This document shows, one piece after another, positions 21,477 through 31,950 of a stretch of DNA of 64,000 nucleotides. The stretch's first letter is position 1. Every line of letters starts with the position of its first letter. The stretch is taken from positions 32,001 to 96,000 of IMG/VR virus record IMGVR_UViG_3300021962_000044; one strand, 5' to 3'. Source of the DNA: a virus. The notes beneath the pieces are model-generated. The model did no database searches, was not told the DNA's origin, and saw nothing but the letters and a program-made list of their open reading frames with translations. Position numbers and translations under genes: made by a program.

Positions 21477-22259
21477 TTAACTGTATAAGTTAAGCACATG
21501 TTCAATGATTTTATGTCGTTGAACGTCTTTGAGTTCAAATTTGCATAATTGCAATCCCGGAATCACCCCCTTCCTCAATCGATTTTGTAAATCTAATAGC
21601 CCATTGTCGGCTGTTTTACGATCGGCTTGTTCAATATCGCCAGTAATTACAATCTTACTACCGACGCCGATTCTGGTCATAATCATTTTAAGTTGACCCG
21701 GGGTTGCGTTTTGTGCTTCGTCTAATACTACCCAACTATGTTTGAAATTTCGTCCTCGACAAAATGCTAGAGGTGCAATTTCCACTATCTGTTCTTCTAG
21801 CATGTGGGCTATTTCCTTTGTTGTGTAGAATTCACGCAAAACGTCTAATAACGGTCTAGTCCATGGTTCCATCTTTTGATTGATATCTCCTGGCAAAAAC
21901 CCGTGTTTTTCGTCATCAACACCTACTGCAGGCCTAGATAATATAATTCTATCACATTCACCATTACGCATAGCTTTTATGGCAGCAAGCATAGCTAAGT
22001 AAGTTTTACCAGTACCCGCAGGACCTGTGACTACGACAATATCTGTCTGCTCATCCAGTAGTGCGAGGATATAATTTTCTTGGTTAACTGACTTAGGGAT
22101 AAGTTGAACGGGCTTTTTATTGACCCGCATTTCCCGTTGTGCTTGTGCGAAATCTATCGTTTTTGATTCATGTGTGTAAAATGTTTGATTATCTTGTTTT
22201 TTACTGTGTGAAAACCGTGTGTCTTGTGTACGTAATGCGCTAGTTTTTCTTTTGCTCAA
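21477..22259 (-). CDS. phoH: PhoH-family ATPase; probable start TTG 22259
   Basis: GPAGTGKT, RPAV, GFLPGD..KM.PW, RGRNF, LDEAQN, TRIG..SK..ITGD..Q.D; SD AAGGAG 7 nt before the in-frame TTG. Confidence 0.93.
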   Translation of the reverse strand: MSKRKTSALRTQDTRFSHSKKQDNQTFYTHESKTIDFAQAQREMRVNKKPVQLIPKSVNQENYILALLDEQTDIVVVTGPAGTGKTYLAMLAAIKAMRNGECDRIILSRPAVGVDDEKHGFLPGDINQKMEPWTRPLLDVLREFYTTKEIAHMLEEQIVEIAPLAFCRGRNFKHSWVVLDEAQNATPGQLKMIMTRIGVGSKIVITGDIEQADRKTADNGLLDLQNRLRKGVIPGLQLCKFELKDVQRHKIIEHVLNLYS

Positions 22260-22430
22260 GTTAATTCTCCTTTGTAGAGCGTGAGTTCTCATAACACTCA
22301 AGTTTATTTAAGGTCAATACTATCAGTCATAGTAGCATACTTATTGTGTAGCCATTAATGATAAATATTAGGCTACGGTATCAAATATCGTTATTTGATG
22401 TATTCAAACTATAAAAGATAAATACTTTAT

Positions 22431-23039
22431 ATGAAAACCGCAGACGAATTTTTTGACAACGTTGATTATGTTAGCATAATCGATACCGTTAAGGGTATAT
22501 TTACCAGTGACGGCTCAATGGCTGTTTTACTAGACTACGAGCGAGTCTTAGATGAAGCCGACTTATATGCATTTAAGAACTGGGAATTGGGCGAATTAGT
22601 TCAGGGCCCTGACGTTAAACGCTATACAGTAGCATGTATATTCATGTATCCATACAAATTAATGCCCGACCCACGTGGTGCTAAACGTTTAGCTAGTGTG
22701 GGATGCAAAATCAAGTTTAAAAAGACTAAGATTAAGGTTCCGGTAGCTGTGACTAATCCAGATGATTATATCCCGGGTACAAGATATCCAAAAACAGCTT
22801 TACGTGAAGTATGGCTAGTATATATTGAAATGCCCAAAGAATTGATGGATGATATCCGTGAAGGTTCTATTGACTTGGCTGGTCAGAATATTGACTTGAA
22901 TGAGTTAGATGATGCCTACGATGCTGATTTAGATAAAGAAGATACCGGTGAAGAGGAAGATCAACAACAGGATATGATGGATCAAACCGGTACAGCAGCT
23001 CCTGGAATGGGAATGCCTCCTCCATTACCGGCAATGTAA
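22431..23039 (+). CDS. hypothetical protein with acidic tail
   Basis: 202-aa ORF, TAAATA 6 nt before ATG. Confidence 0.65.
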   Translation: MKTADEFFDNVDYVSIIDTVKGIFTSDGSMAVLLDYERVLDEADLYAFKNWELGELVQGPDVKRYTVACIFMYPYKLMPDPRGAKRLASVGCKIKFKKTKIKVPVAVTNPDDYIPGTRYPKTALREVWLVYIEMPKELMDDIREGSIDLAGQNIDLNELDDAYDADLDKEDTGEEEDQQQDMMDQTGTAAPGMGMPPPLPAM

Positions 23040-23040
23040 T

Positions 23041-23598
23041 ATGACAAATAAAACTATATTAAATGAAGGTTTAGAATATCACGACTTAGTAGGTCAAATG
23101 CTTCCTACCGTAACTGTAGATGAATATGCGGCTCATATGGGTGAAGATAGTGAAATAGTAACATTAGCATTTACTGTTAAAAGTGAAGCTGCCGGAAATG
23201 ATTTAGCTGATTGGTTTGAACGTGGTTATGATTTTGTATTAGATGCACAAGTTAGCGAAGGTGAAGTTAAGCCCGGGCAATATCTAGTATTTGTTGAAAT
23301 GAATCGTAGAAGTAGTGTACCTAAACGTATCATTGAATTGTTAGATGATTTAGAAACATTAACTGCTATACCAGTTAAAGATTGGACAGTTGTTGTTGAT
23401 GATGAAGAATACTCACCAGAAGAAGATGTATTGAAACAAGTTATTACTATCAGTCCGCATGAATATCGTGAAACTGAAGAAGTTGATGAAGAAGAAATTA
23501 ATGAAATGCGTGAAAGAGCTGGATTAGAAGTTAAAGTACTTCATGCTGATAAACAAGATGCTGAAATAAAAGCATTTAAATCAATGGCGGGATTATAA
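23041..23598 (+). CDS. hypothetical acidic protein (leader MTNKTILNE)
   Basis: 185-aa ORF; ends FKSMAGL like ORF 7894. Confidence 0.6.
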   Translation: MTNKTILNEGLEYHDLVGQMLPTVTVDEYAAHMGEDSEIVTLAFTVKSEAAGNDLADWFERGYDFVLDAQVSEGEVKPGQYLVFVEMNRRSSVPKRIIELLDDLETLTAIPVKDWTVVVDDEEYSPEEDVLKQVITISPHEYRETEEVDEEEINEMRERAGLEVKVLHADKQDAEIKAFKSMAGL

Positions 23599-23600
23599 GA

Positions 23601-24176
23601 ATGGCAACAATATTACCTAAAAAAGCCGGATTTGAACAACCAATGGCATTGGATGATGATCACTATACAACATTGGCAGCTGATCCTAGTATTAATCAAT
23701 TCCCTCAAGGTAGTAGTTATGGTAGTACCTCTTTCGGTAATAACAGTATGAGTGCAGGTGGTTTTGGGTCACCAAACTCATTTTCAAGCCCAAACTTCAA
23801 TCAACAATCAACTTCAGGATTTGGAAGCACACAAAACGTTAATCAATCAAATAGCAATCAACCAGTACTCACAGGAGCCGCACCAACAAATGCTGCCAGT
23901 GGGGCAGATGTATTAGTAGCTAACGACAACACAGATTGGATTAACAAAAAATGGCGTCCAGTTATGGGTTGGATCTATATGCTAACTTGTACCATGGACT
24001 TTGTTATATTTCCAATCTTATGGAGCTTATTACAAGCAATGAGCAAGGGATCAGTTACAATGCAATGGCAACCACTAACATTGCAAGGTGCCGGTCTTTA
24101 TCACATCGCTATGGGTGCTGTTCTTGGTATTGCGGCTTATGGTCGTACAAAAGAAAAGATTGAGGGTAAATCTTAA
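23601..24176 (+). CDS. membrane protein, holin-like
   Basis: Low-complexity S/N/G N-terminus, then WRPVMGW, two hydrophobic helices, and GAVLGIAAYGRTKEK. Confidence 0.6.
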   Translation: MATILPKKAGFEQPMALDDDHYTTLAADPSINQFPQGSSYGSTSFGNNSMSAGGFGSPNSFSSPNFNQQSTSGFGSTQNVNQSNSNQPVLTGAAPTNAASGADVLVANDNTDWINKKWRPVMGWIYMLTCTMDFVIFPILWSLLQAMSKGSVTMQWQPLTLQGAGLYHIAMGAVLGIAAYGRTKEKIEGKS

Positions 24177-24177
24177 T

Positions 24178-24205
24178 TTGACAAATAGCACAACGGTGTT
24201 ATAAT
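24178..24205 (+). promoter_or_regulatory. near-consensus sigma70 promoter
   Basis: TTGACA-16-TATAAT with TGn; ATG 6 nt downstream. Confidence 0.8.
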
Positions 24206-24211
24206 AGTTAA

Positions 24212-25012
24212 ATGGAACATTATCAAACTTTAGGGGTAGCTAAAACTGCTACGCCTGATGAAATTAAAAAAGCATATCGCAAGTTAGCAAGTCAACATCA
24301 CCCTGATAAAGGTGGTGATACTGCTACATTTCAAAAAATTCAAATTGCATATGATATTTTAAGCGATCCTGAAAAACGTAAACAATATGACAATCCAATG
24401 CCTCAAGGTTTTCCTGGAGGTCATCCAGGACAAGGTGGATTCCATTTCAATATGAATGGTTTCAGCATGGATGATATATTTGGACAAATGTTTAAACAAC
24501 ATCATCAACAGCAACAGCAACAACAAGTATACAGAACAAGTGTTTGGATTAATTTGGAACAAGTATATTCGGGCGGGGAGCAAACAATGAAGTTGCAAAC
24601 TCAGCATAAAGCGCATATGATAAAGATTGATATACCCAAAGGTATACAAGAAGGTGGTCAAATACGTTATGAAAATATAGTTGATGGAGCACCTTTAATA
24701 GTAGAATTTAGAATTCATAATCATTTGAAATATGAAAGAAGAATTAATGACTTATACTGCAATCAACCCATATCAGTATTAGATTTAATTGTTGGAACAA
24801 GTTTTGAATTTACTACCCTGGGTGGTAAAACCCTAGAAGTAACAATTCCTCCCAAAACTCAACCGCATATGCATGTGAAATTAGGTGGGCATGGATTGCC
24901 AATACAAGGAACTATTGCGTATGGAGACCAAATACTATTGCTAAAACCCTTTATACCTGATATAGTTGATAGTCGTATAACTGATAGCATTTTGCTATCT
25001 AAATCTGAGTAA
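24212..25012 (+). CDS. dnaJ: DnaJ/CbpA-class co-chaperone lacking the Zn finger
   Basis: J domain HYQTLGV..IKKAYRKLA..HHPDKGG..AY.ILSD..KR..YD; G/F linker; C-terminal domain. Confidence 0.9.
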   Translation: MEHYQTLGVAKTATPDEIKKAYRKLASQHHPDKGGDTATFQKIQIAYDILSDPEKRKQYDNPMPQGFPGGHPGQGGFHFNMNGFSMDDIFGQMFKQHHQQQQQQQVYRTSVWINLEQVYSGGEQTMKLQTQHKAHMIKIDIPKGIQEGGQIRYENIVDGAPLIVEFRIHNHLKYERRINDLYCNQPISVLDLIVGTSFEFTTLGGKTLEVTIPPKTQPHMHVKLGGHGLPIQGTIAYGDQILLLKPFIPDIVDSRITDSILLSKSE

Positions 25013-25036
25013 ATAATTTTTTAAAAGGAACTGAAT

Positions 25037-27313
25037 GTGAATAATTCACCCGAAATCGAAGCAATTATCGAGGAAGCAATTGGATTTGCTAAACAGCGTA
25101 AACATCAATATTGTACTATTGAACATTTGTTATTAGCATTGATAACACACACACCATTTAAGAAATGTTTGGATAGTTTCGGAAGTGATACCGAAACAAT
25201 GATTCAAGAGGTTACTGCATACGTTGATAGTCTACATGCTATTGTTGCAAAGGTAGAACCTGAAATTGAAATTCAACCACGAAAAACTAATAGTTTAGAA
25301 CGGGTAATGAATCGTTCAGTAACACAGGTACTATTTACCGGTCGTAGACAAGTTACAACTATTGATTTATACTTAAGTATATCTAGCGAGGGAAATAGTC
25401 ATGCACATTATTTCTTATTAAAATATGGTATAAGTAAAAATGATTTTGTACCACATTGGCAACAAACTTACAAAGGGGCTGAATTCACAGCTAAACTTTC
25501 AGAAAATCAAGCTGATGAAATATTGGAAGAATATACAACTAATTTATCCGATCTAGCACGATCAGGTAAATTAGAGCCACTCATTGGACGTAGTAAAGAA
25601 CTTGATGATATTGTAAATGTTCTTGCTAAACGTTTTAAAAGTAATGTATTAATGGTGGGTGATCCGGGTGTGGGTAAAACTGCAATTGCTGAAGGTCTCG
25701 CACAAATGATTTCACTAGGTGATTGCCCGGAGTTTATTCTTAACCATGAAGTATATTCACTTGAAGTGGGAGCATTACTTGCAGGATCTAAATATCGTGG
25801 TGACTTTGAAGAAAAGGTCAAACAAGTACTAGAAGCACTAAACACTAAGAAAAAATCAATTTTATTTATTGACGAAGCACATACTATGAAGGGCAGTGGT
25901 TCAGCTAGCAATGGGTCAATTGACTTTGCTAACATGATTAAGCCTGCAATTACTAAAGGTACATTAAAAGTTATTGCAAGCACAACTTGGGAAGAATATT
26001 ACGAATCATTTGAAAAGGATCGTGCATTAATGCGTAGATTCTATCGTGTATCAATAGATGAACCATCACTTGACAGCACTATTCGTATTCTTAAAGGATT
26101 AAGCACACGATTAAATGACTTCCATGAAGTTGATATCAGTGAGGAAGCAGTAACGGCAGCAGTAGAAGCGTCAGCTAGATATATTCATGACCGCAAGAAC
26201 CCAGACAAAAGTATTGATTTACTTGATGCGGCTTGCGCTAAACAACGTGTTGCAGGGAATAAGGGAGCAATCATTACTAAAGATTTGATCCACGAACAAG
26301 TTGAAAAATTCACAGGTGTTCCTGCTGATAAACTTAATGGTGATAACTTTGACCGTATCAATAGCCTTGAAGTTAATATCAAAGGTAAATTGTATGGACA
26401 GGATGAAACCGTTGAACAAGTATTAGAACGTGTATATGTATCATTTGCTGGAATAGGTAATGAACATAAACCTACAGCAAGTTTTATCTTCTTAGGCCCA
26501 ACTGGCACAGGCAAAACAGAATTAGCCAAGTTGTTAAGTAAAAATCTTGACATGACATTACTCAAGTATGATATGAGTGAATATAGTGAAAAACACTCAG
26601 TATCAAGTTTGATTGGTCCGCCCCCTGGCTATGTTGGCTTTGGAGATAGCCAAGTAGGTGGAGGACGATTAATCAATGACTTAAGCAAGAACCCACACAG
26701 CATTCTGTTGTTTGACGAAGTAGAGAAAGCTCACCCTGATATCTTTAACATCTTCTTACAAATGTTAGATGAAGGACGTATTACTGGAAGCAATGGTAAA
26801 GAAGTTAACTGTAAGAATACTATTATTATTATGACAAGTAACTTGGGCAGTAGTGATAGTGAGAAAAACAATATTGGATTTGGTAATCAGGAAAAAGTAG
26901 GTGAAGATGACAAAGCAATTAAAGAATTCTTTAAACCAGAATTTAGAAATCGTGTTGATTTGATTTGTAAGTTTGGTAAACTTGATACATTAGCTATTAA
27001 GAAAATTGTTGTTAAGTTTACAGAAGAATTAAAAAAATCTCTAATAGAGAAACATAACATTAGTTTGAATTTGAGTGAGCCGGTTGTGGATTATTTAGCT
27101 GATAAAGGTTATGACAAAAAGATGGGCGCCCGTCCACTAGGTCGTAAAATTGATGAATTGATTCGTGTACCATTGAGTAAGAAAGTATTGTTTGAACGTA
27201 TTAAAAATGCTATGGTAACATGTATTCTAGTAGATGATAAAATTGAATTTAATGTAGTACAGAAATCAATAGCGAAAGTAGGATCAGATGGCATTATTGA
27301 AATCAGTAACTGA
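25037..27313 (+). CDS. clpA: ATP-dependent Clp protease ATPase subunit (ClpA-like), GTG start
   Basis: Clp N domain (EHLLLAL); two AAA+ modules GDPGVGKT/FIDEAH and GPTGTGKT/LFDEVEKAH; GARPL; no ClpB coiled coil. Confidence 0.92.
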   Translation: MNNSPEIEAIIEEAIGFAKQRKHQYCTIEHLLLALITHTPFKKCLDSFGSDTETMIQEVTAYVDSLHAIVAKVEPEIEIQPRKTNSLERVMNRSVTQVLFTGRRQVTTIDLYLSISSEGNSHAHYFLLKYGISKNDFVPHWQQTYKGAEFTAKLSENQADEILEEYTTNLSDLARSGKLEPLIGRSKELDDIVNVLAKRFKSNVLMVGDPGVGKTAIAEGLAQMISLGDCPEFILNHEVYSLEVGALLAGSKYRGDFEEKVKQVLEALNTKKKSILFIDEAHTMKGSGSASNGSIDFANMIKPAITKGTLKVIASTTWEEYYESFEKDRALMRRFYRVSIDEPSLDSTIRILKGLSTRLNDFHEVDISEEAVTAAVEASARYIHDRKNPDKSIDLLDAACAKQRVAGNKGAIITKDLIHEQVEKFTGVPADKLNGDNFDRINSLEVNIKGKLYGQDETVEQVLERVYVSFAGIGNEHKPTASFIFLGPTGTGKTELAKLLSKNLDMTLLKYDMSEYSEKHSVSSLIGPPPGYVGFGDSQVGGGRLINDLSKNPHSILLFDEVEKAHPDIFNIFLQMLDEGRITGSNGKEVNCKNTIIIMTSNLGSSDSEKNNIGFGNQEKVGEDDKAIKEFFKPEFRNRVDLICKFGKLDTLAIKKIVVKFTEELKKSLIEKHNISLNLSEPVVDYLADKGYDKKMGARPLGRKIDELIRVPLSKKVLFERIKNAMVTCILVDDKIEFNVVQKSIAKVGSDGIIEISN

Positions 27314-28022
27314 TGTACCGGGTATAGATTATTACGATTACCGAGATAGTGAATATTATAATAAGTTTGCTTATCGGTTAAGATTTAAAATGCCCAGTAT
27401 TAGGTATATCATCAATGAGACCAAAGTTGATGGTTTGATGAAAAGGTATAATGCTACTAGTGGTTGGCGAGTTATTAGAGAAGAAGATAGACCAATAGTT
27501 ACTGAAAATCTAGAAGCACTTAAACAGTTAATAGAGTTACGTAATAGTGTTAAAAAGAATGGTACAGCAACAGTTCGTTTAGAATGGAATCATGCATCTG
27601 TTTTTAGCAATGATTTATCTTTTTTGAAAAACATTGAAAACATCAAGCCTGAATTAGAATATGATTATACTCAGGTACAAACAAACAATTTTGTAGGTGT
27701 AAAATCATTTGTTAATGATCCTAAACATAAGTTTAGAGTATATTTGAAATCTAAGATAGTTAAGGGTGATTTAATACAACAACTTGATGATCTGTTAAAA
27801 CGCACCCCTAGCTTGTATCCATGTAATTCATTAAAAAATTGGTTACTAGGTGCATTACTTACTACAAATCAACATACTTGGAGATACCGTTTTACTAGTC
27901 CTACACATTTCATTGATTATGATGATGAAAGTACATTAAGCTATCTAGCAATAATGTATGGAGAATATCTTGGAAAACGATATAAATTAGAAAAAAGAAT
28001 AGAAAATTATGGAACCAATTAG
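27288..28022 (+). CDS. hypothetical protein
   Basis: 244-aa ORF overlapping neighbours. Confidence 0.6.
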   Translation: MALLKSVTDVPGIDYYDYRDSEYYNKFAYRLRFKMPSIRYIINETKVDGLMKRYNATSGWRVIREEDRPIVTENLEALKQLIELRNSVKKNGTATVRLEWNHASVFSNDLSFLKNIENIKPELEYDYTQVQTNNFVGVKSFVNDPKHKFRVYLKSKIVKGDLIQQLDDLLKRTPSLYPCNSLKNWLLGALLTTNQHTWRYRFTSPTHFIDYDDESTLSYLAIMYGEYLGKRYKLEKRIENYGTN

Positions 28023-28422
28023 AAAATTTATTAATTTAGTTGAATCTGCACAGAGTGTTGAACAACTAGCACATATAAGCGATAAAGCATTAGATGATGC
28101 TTATCATTATGGTCGTAGCACACCCGGAGCAAACTTTGGTTGGTTAGCTAATATTGAAAGTGCAAAAGCCGCTAAAAGATTGATTGATGCCGGTGAAACT
28201 GATATTGAAAAGATTAGTGATGCTATTCATGACGGCTGGAATATCACCGCAATGGCAGATTATAATAATAAATTACAATTAGATAGTCCTACTCCTGATG
28301 AAAAGAAGGCTAAAAGAGCTAAATTAGCACAACAATCTTATAGTCAGTTGCCGGAAGAAGAAAAAGAAAAAGATCGGGTAGTTGCTAGGGCTTTATTAAA
28401 CGCAATTACAGGTACTGCATAA
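28009..28422 (+). CDS. RyR-domain-like protein with leader MEPIRKFINLVE
   Basis: SDAIHDGW..L..SYSQLPEEEKEKDR resembles the RyR repeat (H..W..L.PY..L.E.EK..DR). Confidence 0.6.
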   Translation: MEPIRKFINLVESAQSVEQLAHISDKALDDAYHYGRSTPGANFGWLANIESAKAAKRLIDAGETDIEKISDAIHDGWNITAMADYNNKLQLDSPTPDEKKAKRAKLAQQSYSQLPEEEKEKDRVVARALLNAITGTA

Positions 28423-28458
28423 AAGTGATAAATACTCTAATAAAATGGAGTATTTACC

Positions 28459-28623
28459 ATGGCAAAGATTGTAACAGAATCAATCGTAATCACTTTTAGT
28501 AAAATAGTAAAAGACAACGATTCGGGTACTAGTATCACTAGTCCTGACATCCAAGCGGCTTTAGAGCAAGTAGCCCAAGAATTAATTGGCGATAGTGTAG
28601 TTGTTGAGGTTGTAAAAGCATAA
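28459..28623 (+). CDS. small hypothetical protein (54 aa), not in ORF track
   Basis: MAKIVTESIVITFSKIVKDNDSG..VVVEVVKA; GGAG SD, TAAATA upstream, TAATG overlap with next gene. Confidence 0.7.
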   Translation: MAKIVTESIVITFSKIVKDNDSGTSITSPDIQAALEQVAQELIGDSVVVEVVKA

Positions 28624-29009
28624 TGAGCCAAACAACTACTCTTATACTATTGCCACAAACAGCATATGTTAATCCAGGCAATGGAGCACCATACACTGTT
28701 ACTGGTAATAGCCAACCCGGCGCATCATACATTATCAGTCCTAGATCATTGCAAACAGTTAATATTAACTTGACAAATTGTACTGGTAATATTACTATTG
28801 AAGCTAGTTTAGCTACTACTCCTAGTAGTACAGATTGGTTTAAAGTATATGAATTAGAAGCTAACGCAAATGCCGCTAGTAATAGCGCACCACAAATAGC
28901 TAGCAATGCATCAGTTTACACAAATATTAATGGTAACTTTGTTTATATGAGAGCAAAGGTTGTAGATTTTCAAGGTGGATTGGTTAATTTTGTTAAGTTA
29001 AGTTATTGA
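28623..29009 (+). CDS. hypothetical beta-rich protein, possibly virion
   Basis: 128-aa ORF in a late-type operon. Confidence 0.55.
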   Translation: MSQTTTLILLPQTAYVNPGNGAPYTVTGNSQPGASYIISPRSLQTVNINLTNCTGNITIEASLATTPSSTDWFKVYELEANANAASNSAPQIASNASVYTNINGNFVYMRAKVVDFQGGLVNFVKLSY

Positions 29010-29010
29010 T

Positions 29011-30900
29011 ATGAGAAATATTGTCATTATGCCGGGAGGCTTTCATCCCTTTCATGCAGGTCATGCCGCATTATATCAAAGTGCAGTAAAAGCATTTAAT
29101 GATGCTGACGTATATGTAGCCGCAACAAATGACACAAAAACAAGACCTTTTCCTTTTTCTGTTAAAGAGAAGTTAGCAAAGCTTGCAGGTGTTGCAGATA
29201 AACACTTTGTACAAGTTAAAAGTCCCTTTCAACCAAAAGAAATAACCGATCACTATAATCCGGAAGAAGATGTATTAATCTTTGTTCGTAGTGAAAAAGA
29301 TAGAAATGAAAGTCCTAAGCCGGGTGGTACAAAGAAAGATGGTACTCCAGCATATTTTCAACCCTGGACAGGTAAGAATCTACAACCATTTGGTAAACAA
29401 GCATATATTGCTTATCTACCTACAGTAGAGTTTGGTCCAGGAATTAGTAGTGCAACAGAGATACGTAATGCATGGCCTAACTTAGATGACCGTCGTAAAA
29501 CAGCAATGGTTATGAGTTTGTACCCGGTAACTCAAAAGAATCCTAAGCTTGCCGCTAATGTTGTTAAGATGTTAGATATGGGTATGGGTAATGAGTTAGA
29601 TGAGGGTATGGGTAAAGCATTGGGTACAGCCGCGTTAGCAGGTAGCCTAGCATTAGGTGGTTTATCTAGTATGGGTAAAACAGCAGTTACTAACTGGGAT
29701 AAATTACCACAACAAATGAGTACTCAACAAGATAGTAAAGGTGGTGAAAAGATTATGTCTGTAACTGGTCCTAACAATAAAGGTGAGTATCGTGTTAGAG
29801 TTACTACAGATAATGATGTACAAGAGTTTGTTACTAAAACTCCACCAAAGGCATTAAATGAATTTGCCCCACCGAGTAGTGACCGAGGTGACGGCGGAGA
29901 TAGTAGAAGTCGTAGAATAAGAAAACTATTAGAAATTGCTATACAAGTAGCAAAAGAAAAAAATATCGATGAATTGGGTATGATTCATGGTATGAATATG
30001 ATAGCAGGTGATGAATTTTTCAATACAGCAGTTGAAGGTATACTACCAGACATAACAGATAAAGAATATATGTTTGTGCTACAGAGTGCTTATAAAACAG
30101 TAAAGCAAGGTTTGGCAGAAGCAAAGAAAAAAAGAAAAAAGAAAAGTAAAAACCGTAGTCTTGGAAGATACTTCTTCCCGGGATATAGTTACTATGGCGG
30201 CGGTGGAGAATCTGGTGAGGGTGGAGGAGATGGTGGAAGTGAAGGTATGGCGGAAGGCTTCCCTCAACCAGGACCAAGTTCAGGTGCTCCAAAACAGTTC
30301 GGTGCTGATGCCCAAATACAAACTCGCCAAATGACGGTAAAAGATATTATATCATCTATACCCGGTGTGCCTTACTATAACAATGTAGTCGATGATTGGG
30401 ACGCTAAAGATTATAGTTGGGGCGTTACTAAAAAAGTTATAGAGTATGCTACTTACTTGAAGGATCATCCAGAAAGTTTAGCAAAGTTGCCACCGGCAAT
30501 AGTATTAAACGGTAAGTTTGAAGATGGCGCCCATAGAGTATCTGCCATATGGTTGCTACAACAAAGAATGGATCCTAAAAATCCATTGTGGAAAAATGTT
30601 AAATTAAATGTTCAATTTGTTAAGCAAGGTATGACGGAAGGCGAAGAAATTACTGAAGGACCTTTTGTTCAACGTCTTGGACGTCCTAATAAAGTTAATA
30701 TCTATGTGAGACATACTACAGGCAAACCCTCTTTGCTTATTGCAACTGATATTCCTTATTCAATATATGATAAGTTTATTGCAAAGGCTATGCAAAAATA
30801 TCCACAATTTAGGCAAACAGACTTTTCATTTAAATCTGCTGATAAACTTAAGGAAGAAACTAAATTGTCCGAAAGTGCTGATTACTTAGACGAAAATTAA
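29011..30900 (+). CDS. mosaic protein: HxGH nucleotidyltransferase-like N-terminus, small modules, ParB/Srx-like domain
   Basis: IMPGGFHPFHAGH and ISSATEIR; later PPAIVLNGKFEDGAHRVSA; junctions LDE, LNE, QGLAE, EGMAE, QGMTE, ITE. Confidence 0.65.
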   Translation: MRNIVIMPGGFHPFHAGHAALYQSAVKAFNDADVYVAATNDTKTRPFPFSVKEKLAKLAGVADKHFVQVKSPFQPKEITDHYNPEEDVLIFVRSEKDRNESPKPGGTKKDGTPAYFQPWTGKNLQPFGKQAYIAYLPTVEFGPGISSATEIRNAWPNLDDRRKTAMVMSLYPVTQKNPKLAANVVKMLDMGMGNELDEGMGKALGTAALAGSLALGGLSSMGKTAVTNWDKLPQQMSTQQDSKGGEKIMSVTGPNNKGEYRVRVTTDNDVQEFVTKTPPKALNEFAPPSSDRGDGGDSRSRRIRKLLEIAIQVAKEKNIDELGMIHGMNMIAGDEFFNTAVEGILPDITDKEYMFVLQSAYKTVKQGLAEAKKKRKKKSKNRSLGRYFFPGYSYYGGGGESGEGGGDGGSEGMAEGFPQPGPSSGAPKQFGADAQIQTRQMTVKDIISSIPGVPYYNNVVDDWDAKDYSWGVTKKVIEYATYLKDHPESLAKLPPAIVLNGKFEDGAHRVSAIWLLQQRMDPKNPLWKNVKLNVQFVKQGMTEGEEITEGPFVQRLGRPNKVNIYVRHTTGKPSLLIATDIPYSIYDKFIAKAMQKYPQFRQTDFSFKSADKLKEETKLSESADYLDEN

Positions 30901-30957
30901 AAATATTTTGACCCCCTTGTTTTGATGTAAATATTACTATCTTAACAAGAGGATCAA

Positions 30958-31947
30958 ATGGCAACTAAGAAAACAATCGAAAAGGTTACTGCTAAACCAG
31001 CAAAAGCCGCAACTAAAACTCCAGCAAAAGCACCGGTTAAAGCACCCGCTAAAGCTTCTAAAACAGCTAAAACAGTTCCTGTAGAAAAACTACAAGAAAT
31101 TGCTGATCAGGCTGCTAAAGAACCAGCTCAGGCAGCGGGCCCGGGTCAAGTTCAAGTTAACGTAGATTTTCTACGTACAACTAAAGTACATATTGCTATG
31201 CCATGTTATGGTGGTATGCTAACAGAATCAACATTCATGTCATTCATCAAGTGGGCAAATACAGCTCGTCAACTTGGTATTGATTGGACATTAGAAACAA
31301 TGGTTAATGAATCACTCATTAGCCGAGCAAGAAATACATTAACTGCTAAGTTTTTGGATATGCCAGACGCAACACATTTATTCTTTGTTGATGCTGACAT
31401 TGGTTGGGAGCCATGGCATCTACTAGTTCTACTGAACCGTGACGTTGATGTTATCGGTGGACTATATCCAATGAAGACAATGCCAATTAAATGGGTTGTT
31501 AATGGATTTGAAGGTGCTGAAGAAGGTACTGATGGATTACAAGAAGTATCTAAAGCAGGTACAGGTTTCTTGTTGATGAAGAAACATGTGTTTGAAAAGA
31601 TGAAGACTCATCCTGCAGTTAAACAGTATAAGAACGACATTGGATTAGATCCAAAGTTTGACCAGCACTTAAAAACGTATTTTGATACAGCGGTTCGTCA
31701 GAATCGTTACTATAGTGAAGATTGGACATTCTGTGAAAACTGGCGTGATATGGGCGGCCGCATCTGGGTTGACAAACGTGTATTGTTACGTCACTCAGGT
31801 AGTTATGTATTCTGTATGGAAAATCAGGAACATTTGATGAAAACGATCGGCCCTATGTATGTTGAAGAACAGGCTAAAAAGGCACAACCGGCAGCTCCGG
31901 CAGTTCTCCCGGATGCAACTGGTGTAGTATCAATAGCTACAACTTAA
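30958..31947 (+). CDS. GT-A fold glycosyltransferase-like protein with K/A/P-rich N-terminal extension
   Basis: IAMPCYGG, ESLISRARN, LFFVDADI (DxD), GTGFLL, SEDWTFC, L.HSG. Confidence 0.75.
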   Translation: MATKKTIEKVTAKPAKAATKTPAKAPVKAPAKASKTAKTVPVEKLQEIADQAAKEPAQAAGPGQVQVNVDFLRTTKVHIAMPCYGGMLTESTFMSFIKWANTARQLGIDWTLETMVNESLISRARNTLTAKFLDMPDATHLFFVDADIGWEPWHLLVLLNRDVDVIGGLYPMKTMPIKWVVNGFEGAEEGTDGLQEVSKAGTGFLLMKKHVFEKMKTHPAVKQYKNDIGLDPKFDQHLKTYFDTAVRQNRYYSEDWTFCENWRDMGGRIWVDKRVLLRHSGSYVFCMENQEHLMKTIGPMYVEEQAKKAQPAAPAVLPDATGVVSIATT

Positions 31948-31950
31948 TAC

